From assembly GCF_053078305.1 (NCBI RefSeq), contig NZ_CP166879.1: a DNA stretch of 64,000 bases, one strand, 5' to 3'. Below, piece after piece: positions 8,990 to 18,658 of the stretch (positions are counted from its first letter, which is position 1; each line of letters begins with the position of its first letter). The translations under genes were made by a program, and so were the position numbers. The notes beneath the pieces were generated by a model, which did no database searches, was not told the DNA's origin, and was given only the letters and a program-made list of their open reading frames with translations.

Positions 8990-9935
8990 ACGCCCGCTGG
9001 TTATAAACACACAGCTGGCGATGAAGATTGGTTTAAACGAAGCCATTGTGTTGCAGCAACTGCATTACTGGTTAAGGGATACCAGTTCCGGCATGGAATG
9101 TGATGGCGTTCGCTGGATTTACAACACAACGGAACAATGGCTGGAACAGTTTCCGTTCTGGTCAGAGTCAACGTTAAAGCGTGCGTTTGCAAGTCTGAAA
9201 GCGCTGGGGCTTTTGCGTAGCGAAAAGCTCAATAAATCGAAGCGTGATATGACTAATTTTTACACAATTAACTACGATAGCGCGCTTTTAGATGATGGCA
9301 AAGTGAACGAATCCATCGGGGCAAAATGCGCCACTCCATCAGGTCAAAATGACACGATGGAAGAGGTCAAAATGAAACGTTCCATTGGTTCAAAACGGCC
9401 CAATGTCATCAGGTCAAAATGGCCCGATGATCCTACAGAGAATACAACAGAGAATACAACAGAGAATAAAAAACTCTCTTGTCCGGACGCTTCGCAACCG
9501 GACGAGTTGACGGCTGAACAGGCGTTTTTAACCCGCCATCCTGATGCAGTTGTGTTCAGCGTGAAAAAACGCCAGTGGGGAACCCGGGAGGATTTGACAT
9601 GTGCGCAGTGGATCTGGGGGCGGGTTGTAAACCTGTACGAACAGGCTGCCAGTGACGATGGTGAGATCACGCGACCGAAAGAGCCCAACTGGACGGCGTG
9701 GGCCAATGACGTGCGCACAATGCGGATGCTGGATGGAAGAAGTCACAGACAAATTTGCGAAATGTTCAGTCGGGCACAACGGGATCCGTTCTGGATAAAA
9801 AACATCAAGAGCCCGGAAAAACTCCGTGAGAAATGGGATGAACTGGTTATTCGACTGTGGCGTGGTCCCGCGCAGCGTTGCGTGAATCATATTTCTGAAC
9901 CGGATACCGAAATTCCGCCGGGTTTCAGGGGGTAG
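8970..9935 (+). CDS. Replication initiator (O-like / replisome organiser)
   Basis: Precedes DnaC-like gene; internal 15-bp tandem repeats typical of ori inside O; start may be 8928. Confidence 0.6.
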   Translation: MSLLFAERPLVINTQLAMKIGLNEAIVLQQLHYWLRDTSSGMECDGVRWIYNTTEQWLEQFPFWSESTLKRAFASLKALGLLRSEKLNKSKRDMTNFYTINYDSALLDDGKVNESIGAKCATPSGQNDTMEEVKMKRSIGSKRPNVIRSKWPDDPTENTTENTTENKKLSCPDASQPDELTAEQAFLTRHPDAVVFSVKKRQWGTREDLTCAQWIWGRVVNLYEQAASDDGEITRPKEPNWTAWANDVRTMRMLDGRSHRQICEMFSRAQRDPFWIKNIKSPEKLREKWDELVIRLWRGPAQRCVNHISEPDTEIPPGFRG

Positions 9936-9941
9936 CGCACC

Positions 9942-10682
9942 ATGAAAAACATTACGTCAGGTGGTGTTCTGGCAAGAGTCAGCAGATTTGTGCCGCAGGA
10001 TGCAATCCCTCCGTACCGTACGGTGGCGGAGTGGCGGGAATGGCAGCTTGCTGAAGGGCGTAAGCGAAGCGAGGAGGTTAATCGTCTGAATCATCAGACG
10101 CGGGTTGAAAAAATCATTAACCGCTCCGGTATCCAGCTGCTTCACCGGAAGTGTACGTTCGGTAACTACCGGGTGCAGAACGATGGTCAGCGCCATGCCC
10201 TGAGTCAGGCGAAATCCATTGTGGCAGAGCTGGAAGGCGGCTGTACGAATTTTGTTTTCAGTGGCAGGCCTGGCACAGGAAAAAACCACCTGGCGGCGGC
10301 TATTGGCAACCACCTTCTGGCGAAAGGTCGCAGTGTGATTGTGATAACAGTGGCGGATGTGATGCTGGCGTTACATGGCAGCTACGACAACAAAAACTCG
10401 GGCGAAAAATTTTTGCAGGGATTGTGTGGCGTTGACCTGCTGGTACTGGATGAAATTGGCATGCAACGGGATACGCGTAATGAGCAGGTCACGCTTAATC
10501 AGATTGTTGACCGCAGAACGGCATCGTTACTCAGTGTGGGGATGCTGACAAATCTTAATCATGCAGCGATGAATACACTTCTCGGCGAGCGGGTAATGGA
10601 CCGCATGTCCATGAACGGTGGTCGCTGGGTGACTTTTAACTGGGAGAGCTGGCGTCCGAACGTCAGCCAGCACAGGAACTGA
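9942..10682 (+). CDS. DnaC-like helicase loader (P-like, IstB-type ATPase)
   Basis: Walker [16 protein letters not shown] and LLVLDEIG box. Confidence 0.8.
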   Translation: MKNITSGGVLARVSRFVPQDAIPPYRTVAEWREWQLAEGRKRSEEVNRLNHQTRVEKIINRSGIQLLHRKCTFGNYRVQNDGQRHALSQAKSIVAELEGGCTNFVFSGRPGTGKNHLAAAIGNHLLAKGRSVIVITVADVMLALHGSYDNKNSGEKFLQGLCGVDLLVLDEIGMQRDTRNEQVTLNQIVDRRTASLLSVGMLTNLNHAAMNTLLGERVMDRMSMNGGRWVTFNWESWRPNVSQHRN

Positions 10683-10711
10683 GAAGTAATTTTTATCCGG
10701 AGGAAATTTTA

Positions 10712-11473
10712 ATGGAAACCGTATTGCATGCACTGAAAGCGATGGGTAAAGCCAATTCTGTTGAACTGGCGGCGCGGCTTGATATCAGCCGTGAAGAAGT
10801 TCTCAACGAACTGTGGGAACTCAAAAAAAATGGCGTTGTTGATAAAACGGGTCACACCTGGTTTCTGGCTGGTGAAGGTGAATCCGGGGTAACCGAAGAG
10901 CAGCCAGCACAGTCTGAAGTACCGGATGTGCTGACCGGGGAGGTCGAACAAAAAGTTACCGCGGACATGATGATTGAGTTTATCTGTCAGGATGGGGCTA
11001 AAACGTGTGAGGAACTGGCGGATAAGTTCGGTGTTAGCATTCGCAAGGTTGCTTCCACGTTGGCGGTCGTAACAGCAACGGGGCGCCTGGCACGCGTAAA
11101 TCAGAACGGTAAATTTCGTTACTGCATACCGGGCGCTGATTTACCGGCAGAGCCGGAAGCTGCATCCGTAGCGGAAACCGATGGTAAAGCCTTTCCTCAG
11201 CCAGCAGGTGTTGCGTTACCAGTCCGGGAAGCTGCAACACAGGAAGAAATAAAAACGGAAAGTGTGGCGGTCACAGTGCAGTCACAGCCGTCGTTCACCA
11301 GAAAGCATCCGGATGGTCTGATTTTACCATCGCTGCATGTGGCTAACCGCGAGCTGCGCCGGGCAAAAGGTCAGGTTCAGAAGTGGGAGCGAGTCTGCGC
11401 CGCGCTGCGGGAGCTGAACAAGTGCCGGGATATTCTCCGGGATATTACCGCCACCAGAGAACACCAGCGGTGA
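10712..11473 (+). CDS. Hypothetical phage protein
   Basis: 253 aa ORF with RBS, codon usage consistent with neighbours. Confidence 0.5.
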   Translation: METVLHALKAMGKANSVELAARLDISREEVLNELWELKKNGVVDKTGHTWFLAGEGESGVTEEQPAQSEVPDVLTGEVEQKVTADMMIEFICQDGAKTCEELADKFGVSIRKVASTLAVVTATGRLARVNQNGKFRYCIPGADLPAEPEAASVAETDGKAFPQPAGVALPVREAATQEEIKTESVAVTVQSQPSFTRKHPDGLILPSLHVANRELRRAKGQVQKWERVCAALRELNKCRDILRDITATREHQR

Positions 11474-11532
11474 GTGGGTGGAAGACGTGGTGCCGGGCTG
11501 AAATTCTGATACTCCGGCAGTGCGCGGGAACA

Positions 11533-11787
11533 ATGAAGGTAAAAAGCATTGGCGCACTTATCGGACGAACTGAAGCGGCAGTGAGAACGAAGGCACGGGA
11601 GTTGGGCATCAGCATGATGTTACGTGGTGATTTTCACCCGTCGGCAAAATATTCACAACGTGATATTGAGCTGGCGCGGCAACTGCATCAGCGCGGTGTA
11701 CCCCGACGGGAAATTGCCGAAAAGTTCGGAATGAAGTTGCGCACAGTGAATAACTACGTTTATTTCGACAGGAGGGTTCAGGCGTGA
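11533..11787 (+). CDS. Small HTH-domain protein
   Basis: Start uncertain (ATG 11533 or upstream GTG). Confidence 0.4.
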   Translation: MKVKSIGALIGRTEAAVRTKARELGISMMLRGDFHPSAKYSQRDIELARQLHQRGVPRREIAEKFGMKLRTVNNYVYFDRRVQA

Positions 11788-12080
11788 GGGTGAGAATTTA
11801 TATCGCCGGTCCGATGACGGGATATGAAAATTTCAACCGCGAGGCGTTTCACAGGGCGGAAGAAGCACTGAAACGGGAAGGGCATACCGTTTTAAACCCG
11901 GCAGTACTTCCGGACGGGCTGACTCAGCCGCAGTACATGGATATTTGCATGGCAATGATTCGTTGTGTGGATGCGGTTTATATGCTGAAAGGCTGGCAGC
12001 GGTCGGCAGGCGCTAAGGCAGAGCTGGCACTGGCGGAGAAACTGGGGCATGCGGTGATTTATCAGGAGGTGGCTCAATGA
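11784..12080 (+). CDS. DUF4406 / nucleoside 2-deoxyribosyltransferase-like protein
   Basis: 98 aa, N-terminal RIYIAGPMTG motif. Confidence 0.55.
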   Translation: MRVRIYIAGPMTGYENFNREAFHRAEEALKREGHTVLNPAVLPDGLTQPQYMDICMAMIRCVDAVYMLKGWQRSAGAKAELALAEKLGHAVIYQEVAQ

Positions 12081-12538
12081 GAGAGGTTAACTATGAGGCG
12101 CTTCGTGAGGCAGCACAAAACTATCAGTCGACGCTGGCGTGGTATCAGGCTATCCCGGACAGCCCAAATGCTGAACGGGATTGTGATGCGGCTCTTGCTG
12201 CGTTTAAGCGTCACATCCGTCATCGGGAAGCGGATATTATCGCTGATTTGCTGGATGGACTGGAAGAAGCAAAATCACAACTCAACGAGCAACGTGAGTA
12301 TTACGAAGGTGTTATCTCGGATGGGAGTAAGCGCATTGCTGAACTGGAAGCGCGGGAAGTTCAATTACCGACTCGCTACGACCTTCGATATGGACACCCG
12401 ATAAATGCAGATGAGCGACAAGTCATGATACCTAAAGAAAATGGCAGTTGGCTTTACCTGATTGACCTAGAACACGCATTACGCGTCGCTGGCATTCGCA
12501 TCAAAGGAGAGGAGCATGGAAATAAAACCAGAGGATGA
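12077..12538 (+). CDS. Hypothetical phage protein
   Basis: 153 aa, start overlaps previous stop. Confidence 0.45.
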   Translation: MREVNYEALREAAQNYQSTLAWYQAIPDSPNAERDCDAALAAFKRHIRHREADIIADLLDGLEEAKSQLNEQREYYEGVISDGSKRIAELEAREVQLPTRYDLRYGHPINADERQVMIPKENGSWLYLIDLEHALRVAGIRIKGEEHGNKTRG

Positions 12539-12872
12539 GTTAAGCAATATCGTTTTATTTCCGGTAAAAGAGGATGACCCTCGTAATCAGGTTAATTTTC
12601 TTTATGAGCCATCGGAAAGACCATATTGTCATCACGCCTCTGTTCGGGTTGACGAAAAAGAGCGTCAGGTCCGCTGTAAAATCTGCGGTGCAGTTGTGGA
12701 GCCGTTTGACTGGATGCTCTCTGTGGCGAAAAGAGAAACCAGACTGGCAGATGATGTAAGGCTATTGCACCAGGAGGAACAGGAAAGGCGGAAAAATATA
12801 GAAAAGTTAATTCAGATTGAGCGTAACGCGAAAGCGCGGATACGCAGGGCGACAAAATCCAGAACTGAATAA
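12516..12872 (+). CDS. Hypothetical protein with Cys/His zinc-ribbon-like motif
   Basis: 118 aa; CHH...CKICG. Confidence 0.45.
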   Translation: MEIKPEDELSNIVLFPVKEDDPRNQVNFLYEPSERPYCHHASVRVDEKERQVRCKICGAVVEPFDWMLSVAKRETRLADDVRLLHQEEQERRKNIEKLIQIERNAKARIRRATKSRTE

Positions 12873-12922
12873 ATAAATTTAGCGCTGTAAATAAAATCTA
12901 ATCCTTAACTGGAGGTATATTT

Positions 12923-13135
12923 ATGTTAAATACACAGAAATCCATTAATGCGGAAAAATATAACGAGTGGGCAAGAAAATTCTCTGAGCAGATTTTTAAA
13001 ATTACTGGCGATGAGAATGCGGCAAAAAATGAATTAGAACCGTGGACGCCTGAAGGAGCCGACCCAAATTATTGCTGGAGGGAGGTTGATCCAGTTGATG
13101 CTGCAAATGAAGCTATGAGTTATCACAACGATTAA
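12923..13135 (+). CDS. Hypothetical protein
   Basis: 70 aa, GGAGG RBS. Confidence 0.35.
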   Translation: MLNTQKSINAEKYNEWARKFSEQIFKITGDENAAKNELEPWTPEGADPNYCWREVDPVDAANEAMSYHND

Positions 13136-13167
13136 TGTCAGGAGGCCGCCCGAAAGGGCGGTAATGA

Positions 13168-13386
13168 ATGGTCACATTATTTAGAAAAAAATATCCGCGA
13201 AAGAGTAGAACAACAGAATTTCTGTTTCTCATTCTGTTTATCGTGTTGATGATACCGATATCCCCGTTAATCCTAGTCTGGATAATCGGAAAAATAATTG
13301 AGCCAGTTATTGAATTGTATAACGACGTGGTATGGGCGTCATTCAACACACTGCACAATAAAATTAATCCGTATAAGGAAAGCTGA
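13168..13386 (+). CDS. Small membrane protein
   Basis: 72 aa with hydrophobic core. Confidence 0.3.
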   Translation: MVTLFRKKYPRKSRTTEFLFLILFIVLMIPISPLILVWIIGKIIEPVIELYNDVVWASFNTLHNKINPYKES

Positions 13387-13387
13387 T

Positions 13388-13753
13388 ATGGCACTGACGA
13401 AAAAACAACGCGCAGAACTGCGCATGAAGTTCGGTGGTCGCTGTGCTTATTGCGGCTGCGAACTTGGCGAAAAGTGGCATGCAGACCATGTAAAACCGGT
13501 CATTCGTTTTGATGGAAATATGCTTCACCAGGAACGTGACGATATATCCAACATGGTTCCGGCATGCCACCCATGCAATCTGCACAAGCATTGCAGTAGT
13601 CTGGAAGATTATCGGCGAATTATCAGTGATGGTCGTCGTGAATTCCTTGCGTCCGGGAAAGGCAAAGCGCTGGTTCGTATGGGATTGGTTGAAATGAAAT
13701 CTGACCCGGTTGTGTTCTGGTTTGAAAAATATCAAGAAGGGGCTACGGCATGA
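13388..13753 (+). CDS. HNH endonuclease
   Basis: CAYCG...HADHVKP...CHPCNLHK; AAGGAAAG RBS. Confidence 0.7.
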   Translation: MALTKKQRAELRMKFGGRCAYCGCELGEKWHADHVKPVIRFDGNMLHQERDDISNMVPACHPCNLHKHCSSLEDYRRIISDGRREFLASGKGKALVRMGLVEMKSDPVVFWFEKYQEGATA

Positions 13754-14094
13754 CGACTTTTACCAGAGAGCAGTTAATAGCTCACGCAGAGGAGACTATT
13801 GAAGCACAGAGACTGTGCATACCGGGCACAATCGACCATGACATCATCCGCACATATAAGATGGATATTGCTGTTCTGGAAATCGCACTGGTATCGCTGG
13901 CAGCAGAGCCAGCCGGTAAATTGCATGAATACAAACCAGTGGGATATCAGCGTCTGGTCGATGAGTTAACCATGCTGGTAAAGCAGTTAACCTGGCAACT
14001 GAGGAAAGCGAAGCCAGACTGCAAATTACCGGATAAGGCGATGAGTTATCTGGAGCGGAACGGACTGATAAGCGTGGAGGATATTTTACGATGA
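13750..14094 (+). CDS. Hypothetical phage protein
   Basis: 114 aa, translationally coupled. Confidence 0.45.
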   Translation: MTTFTREQLIAHAEETIEAQRLCIPGTIDHDIIRTYKMDIAVLEIALVSLAAEPAGKLHEYKPVGYQRLVDELTMLVKQLTWQLRKAKPDCKLPDKAMSYLERNGLISVEDILR

Positions 14095-14385
14095 CCTGGC
14101 CTGAAGCATTAACAACGGTAGGAATTGCGATGGCGGTGGCGCTGGTGGTGTATTCGATTTGCCGCTGGGGATAAAAACGGTTTGCGGGAAAAGGAGAGTT
14201 AAGTAGAATTGCAGCGGGTGCTTGAGGCTATCTGTCTCAGGCATGAACACCAAAAGGCAGATAGAGAAAAGCCCCAGTTAACATTACGCGTCCGGCAAGA
14301 CGCTTAACATTAATCTGAGGCTCAATCTGTGAACGGCAAATCTAGGTTAGCCTCTTACGCGCCGAAAGGCAAGGAGAAGCAGGCT

Positions 14386-14541
14386 ATGAAGCAGCAAAAG
14401 GCGATGTTAGTCGCCCTGATCGTCATCTGTATTACCGTCATTGTGACGGCACTGGTAACGAGGAAAGACCTCTGCGAGGTACGAATCCGAACCGGCCAGA
14501 CGGAGGTCGCTGTCTTCACAGCTTACGAACCTGAGGAGTAA
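14386..14541 (+). CDS. hok: Hok/Gef-family type I toxin
   Basis: 51 aa MKQQKAMLVALIVICITVIVTALVTRKDLCEVRIRTGQTEVAVFTAYEPEE; upstream in-frame extension resembles mok. Confidence 0.7.
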   Translation: MKQQKAMLVALIVICITVIVTALVTRKDLCEVRIRTGQTEVAVFTAYEPEE

Positions 14542-14643
14542 GAGACCAGGCGGGGGAGAAATCCCTCGCCACCTCTGATGTGCCAGGCATCCTCAACGCA
14601 CCCGCACTTAACATGCTTCGGCGGGTTTTGTTGTATTAGAATA

Positions 14644-14961
14644 TCAGGATATTACCTGGATCCCGTTTTTCTCGACAACTGAAAGAAGCCGAAGAGCTGC
14701 ACCTCCCGGGCGTTTCACTCCTCGTTCCCAGTCTGATATCAGGTTTTTACTGACGTTGAGGTATCTGGCAAAAACAGGTTGAGACAGATGCTCTCGTTCT
14801 CGCAGTGCACGGATCCTTTCTGGAGACATTACCGGCGCAGGCTGAAGACAAGTTTCATCGAATTCGCGCATAGTTTGTTTTGTGATTGCACCGATATCAT
14901 GGAGTGACTCCATCATTTCATGTACAGATGCAAGTGCATCACTGCGGTAATTTTTACTCAT
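14644..14961 (-). CDS. HTH (XRE-type) antitoxin of type II TA pair
   Basis: 105 aa, C-terminal HTH; overlaps upstream toxin gene by 8 nt. Confidence 0.65.
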   Translation of the reverse strand: MSKNYRSDALASVHEMMESLHDIGAITKQTMREFDETCLQPAPVMSPERIRALREREHLSQPVFARYLNVSKNLISDWERGVKRPGGAALRLLSVVEKNGIQVIS

Positions 14962-15325
14962 TGGGTACCTCCGTGAACTGGCCTTGTTGAATCAATTGTG
15001 CCAGCTGTTCATCAGTAAGATTGAGGACATGGGGAGCGGCTTTTCGAAAAGCATTTTCCTCTATAGCAGTGATATTCTCTCGTTCATTCTTTGCGTATGC
15101 GTAGATGAAAAAGGCTTTTTCTGCAACGCGGTAAAAAATTATTGTCCGGTAACCGCCTGATTTTCCGCCACCACTTCGGGCTAATCTTTGTTTAATGACA
15201 CCACTACCCAAATTTGCGGATATGATCCCCTTATCGGCCAGCTCCACGATTTTGCGCAGCGATTTATCGGAAATCCGATGTTTTCGGGCGAAACGTTCAA
15301 ACCAGGCGTTTTTGAAAATTCGCAT
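14954..15325 (-). CDS. RelE/ParE-superfamily toxin (HigB-like)
   Basis: 123 aa; ...GGYRTIIFYR...FIYAYAKNEREN...; toxin-first gene order. Confidence 0.65.
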   Translation of the reverse strand: MRIFKNAWFERFARKHRISDKSLRKIVELADKGIISANLGSGVIKQRLARSGGGKSGGYRTIIFYRVAEKAFFIYAYAKNERENITAIEENAFRKAAPHVLNLTDEQLAQLIQQGQFTEVPNE

Positions 15326-15503
15326 ACCTGCCTCTGCATTTTATATAACACATAGTGTTACACCATGTGGACTATGGAGGCAATCTTTATTTGAGAATGC
15401 TTGCTGATTTATCGGTGTTCAAAAAACAGACGTAATTCAGATTGTATAAACGGCAGACAGAAAAAGTCATTGTTCTTGCGCATAAAATCCTCAGATTTAC
15501 TGA

Positions 15504-15776
15504 GTGAAATGCGTCTCTTTTCATGGTTATAGTCCGAGAGAAGCGATAATGCATTTCATTTCCTTTACGTCAGGAGGTGTTGTGAAAATCCCAGCCAGTT
15601 TGATCCCGGGGTTTTATGAGAGCACGCGCCCGGTTGTTGTTTACAGAAACAGTGATGGTTCTTTTCAATGTGGTTTTGTTATGCGAAGTAATGAGGTTGT
15701 TGTAAGCCTTTCTCTTCTTTCTGAGGTAAGAGAGTTGGCAGGATTACCTGTTGATGATATTCAGAAGCAGCTATAA
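15504..15776 (+). CDS. Hypothetical protein
   Basis: 90 aa ORF, weak support. Confidence 0.3.
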   Translation: MKCVSFHGYSPREAIMHFISFTSGGVVKIPASLIPGFYESTRPVVVYRNSDGSFQCGFVMRSNEVVVSLSLLSEVRELAGLPVDDIQKQL

Positions 15777-15811
15777 AATCAGGCTGACTTGAACCGTCGC
15801 TGAGAAACACC

Positions 15812-16102
15812 GTGCCACCGGAGATCCCGATGGCGCACGATATCAAACATCACAATTCTGATACCGGCCCTGCCAGCAGGCACGGGCGGCGTTCTCACAC
15901 ATTCAAATCTGACTGGTTCCTGCATGACCCATGCACTGAAGAACAGGCCGAATGGCTGATTCAGTGCTACCGCAGACGCGGGTATAAGTTTGAGAAAGCC
16001 CTCAGTCTTGACCGTCGCCACTGGATAATCTCCGTCAGGCTCCCTTATTCCGAACGCCCACCGCGTCCGTCCCGTACATTCCAGCAGCGCATCTGGAGGT
16101 AA
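15812..16102 (+). CDS. Hypothetical protein
   Basis: 96 aa preceding the DUF968 gene. Confidence 0.35.
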   Translation: MPPEIPMAHDIKHHNSDTGPASRHGRRSHTFKSDWFLHDPCTEEQAEWLIQCYRRRGYKFEKALSLDRRHWIISVRLPYSERPPRPSRTFQQRIWR

Positions 16103-16103
16103 C

Positions 16104-17153
16104 GTGCGGGTATTACTTCGACCTGTTCTGGTACCGGAACTCGGGATGGTGCTCCTAAAGCCGGGCCGTGAATCAATGTCAGCATTCCATAACGGCAGAA
16201 TATTGGTGGAGCCGGAACCGAAAAACATGCGCGGTCTGCCGTCCGGAGTCGTTCCTGCCGTTCGACAGCCGCTGGCAGAGGATAAAACATTACTGCCATT
16301 TTTCAGCAACGAACGGGTGATTCGTGCTGCGGGTGGCGCTGGTGCACTGTCTGACTGGTTATTACGTCACGTGAAATCCTGCCAGTGGCCACACGGTGAT
16401 TATCATCACAGCGAAACTGTCATTCACCGTTACGGTACCGGCGCGATGGTGTTGTGCTGGCACTGCGACAACCAGCTGCGCGACCAGACATCAGAATCAC
16501 TCGATCAACTTGCTCAGCAGAATCTGGTTGCCTGGATGATTGACGTTATCCGTCACGCAATAAGCAGTACGCAGGAGAGGGAGTTATCGCTGGCCGAATT
16601 ATCCTGGTGGGCGGCCTGCAATCAGGTGGTGGATGCACTACCTGAGGCAGTAGCGCGTCGTTCGCTGGGATTACCAGCGGAAAAAATCCGCTCCGTATAC
16701 CGTGAGAGTGACATCGTACCGGGAGAACAGACAGCCATCAGCATACTGAAGCAGCGCACAAAAAATATTGCGCTGCCACTTCACGTCCACCAGCAACAAA
16801 ATCCACCACAGAAAAAAACGGTTGTCAGTATCGCCGTTGATCCGGAGTCTCCTGAATCGTTCATGAGGCGGCCTAAACGTCGCCGTTGGGTTAATGAGAA
16901 ATACACGCGCTGGGTAAAGACACAGCCGTGTGCGTGTTGTGGTAAGCCTGCTGACGATCCGCATCACCTGATTGGTCATGGTCAGGGGGGAATGGGGACA
17001 AAGGCCCACGATATTTTCACGCTACCGTTGTGCCGGGAGCACCACAACGAACTTCATGCAGACCCGCTGGAGTTTGAGAAAAAGTACGGCTCTCAGATTG
17101 AGTTAATTTTTCGTTTTCTTGATCACGCCTTTGCGACTGGCGTGCTCGGGTAA
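16104..17153 (+). CDS. DUF968-like phage protein with C-terminal HNH-like Cys/His cluster
   Basis: C-terminus CACCGKP..DPHH...LCREHHNELH. Confidence 0.6.
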   Translation: MRVLLRPVLVPELGMVLLKPGRESMSAFHNGRILVEPEPKNMRGLPSGVVPAVRQPLAEDKTLLPFFSNERVIRAAGGAGALSDWLLRHVKSCQWPHGDYHHSETVIHRYGTGAMVLCWHCDNQLRDQTSESLDQLAQQNLVAWMIDVIRHAISSTQERELSLAELSWWAACNQVVDALPEAVARRSLGLPAEKIRSVYRESDIVPGEQTAISILKQRTKNIALPLHVHQQQNPPQKKTVVSIAVDPESPESFMRRPKRRRWVNEKYTRWVKTQPCACCGKPADDPHHLIGHGQGGMGTKAHDIFTLPLCREHHNELHADPLEFEKKYGSQIELIFRFLDHAFATGVLG

Positions 17154-17165
17154 AAGAGGTGACTG

Positions 17166-17525
17166 ATGCTCATAGATTTGGTTTTACCTTACCCGCCGAC
17201 GGTGAACACTTACTGGCGACGCCGTGGCAGCACATATTTTGTATCAAAAGCAGGGGAGCGTTATCGCCGGGCAGTGGCACTTATTGTTCGCCAGCAGCGG
17301 CTGAAATTAAGCCTGTCCGGACGGCTGGCAATAAAAATTATTGCAGAGCCACCGGATAAGCGTCGTCGTGACCTGGACAATATTCTGAAAGCACCGCTGG
17401 ATGCGCTGACGCATGCGGGAGTGCTCATTGATGACGAGCAGTTTGATGAAATCAATATTGTACGTGGTCAGCTTGTTCCTGGTGGTCGGTTGGGTGTGAA
17501 GATTTACAAAATTGAGAGTGAGTGA
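17166..17525 (+). CDS. rusA: RusA Holliday-junction resolvase
   Basis: 119 aa; ...DLDNILKAPLDALTHAGVLIDDEQ... Confidence 0.8.
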   Translation: MLIDLVLPYPPTVNTYWRRRGSTYFVSKAGERYRRAVALIVRQQRLKLSLSGRLAIKIIAEPPDKRRRDLDNILKAPLDALTHAGVLIDDEQFDEINIVRGQLVPGGRLGVKIYKIESE

Positions 17526-18094
17526 GCGTAAATATGATATATCCGGAAATTACAGGCAAAAGCGGCGAACATTTACGCCTGAACACGCTGGAAGCAGTCT
17601 GGATCCAGGGGAAATTACGGATGTGGGGGCGGTGGTCGTATATCGGTGGGGGTAAATCCGGAAATATGTTTAACCGGTTACTGGTTTCGAAGAAGCTGAC
17701 GAAAACAGCAGTTAATGAGGTTTTACGCAGAATGAAGAAATCCGGGCTGGAAAAACCGGAACTTGAGGCATTTTTTCGGGATATGACCAGAGGGAAGCAG
17801 AAGAGCTGGTTGTCACATTGTACAGACACAGAGGCGTTGATTATTGATCGCGTTATCAGTGAGGTGCTTGGGGAATATCCCGGGCTAATCAATATTCTCC
17901 GGCAAAGGTACGAAGGACGGGGAATGAGCAAACTGAAAATGGCCGAAAGGTTAAATGCAGATCATCCTGAGTGGACGTTGGTTACGTGCAGACGCCGAAT
18001 TGATCAGTGGTTGGGGATATCTGAATTTATGTTACATGCCCCCATGCGTATGGCTTTTGTTACAGAGAAAAAAATGTTGCAAACTGATCAATAA
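17522..18094 (+). CDS. Putative late antiterminator Q
   Basis: Position after rusA and before a strong terminator and the late genes; call is positional. Confidence 0.5.
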   Translation: MSVNMIYPEITGKSGEHLRLNTLEAVWIQGKLRMWGRWSYIGGGKSGNMFNRLLVSKKLTKTAVNEVLRRMKKSGLEKPELEAFFRDMTRGKQKSWLSHCTDTEALIIDRVISEVLGEYPGLINILRQRYEGRGMSKLKMAERLNADHPEWTLVTCRRRIDQWLGISEFMLHAPMRMAFVTEKKMLQTDQ

Positions 18095-18162
18095 ACTGCT
18101 TCAATCCGTATAAGCTTCGCAAGGCTGTATCGCGAGGCGAAACGCAAGTTTTTTCGCACAAG

Positions 18163-18188
18163 GAAGCCACCGGAAGGTGGTTTTTTTG
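18163..18188 (+). terminator. Intrinsic terminator (tR'-like) downstream of Q
   Basis: GCCACCggaaGGTGG followed by U8. Confidence 0.5.
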
Positions 18189-18310
18189 TGTCCGTAATAT
18201 ACAGCAGCGCAATAAATTCGCTGGTGGTTATTAATACCGTTCTTTCAGCTTGCTGGCTTGTTCGACAAGAGTTATTGGTGTGTCACGTTAACCGGAAAAA
18301 GGAAAAAGAC

Positions 18311-18508
18311 ATGCTGAAACAGCAGGATATGACCGAAACCGCCAGAGTGGTGTTTAATGAATTAAGCGTCACAGAACCGGCGACAGTCGGGGAGATTGCG
18401 CAGAATACTTACCTTTCACGCGAACGCTGTCAGTTAATACTGACCCAGCTGGTTATGGCGGGTCTGGCAGACTATCAGTTCGGTTGTTACAGACGCCTTC
18501 AGTCCTGA
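18311..18508 (+). CDS. Small hypothetical protein
   Basis: 65 aa from internal Met of tracked ORF. Confidence 0.3.
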   Translation: MLKQQDMTETARVVFNELSVTEPATVGEIAQNTYLSRERCQLILTQLVMAGLADYQFGCYRRLQS

Positions 18509-18658
18509 AGGCTTTTTTATTTGTGGTAAATGGGCGGCTGGTGGGTGTTAGGGGCACTCACCAGCCATCTGCTCATGCGTCCGGATCACAAGCAAACCTC
18601 AGGCCCACTGCTTTGCGCAAAAGCAGAATGAGCCTATCAGAGACAGGCTTAATGATCC

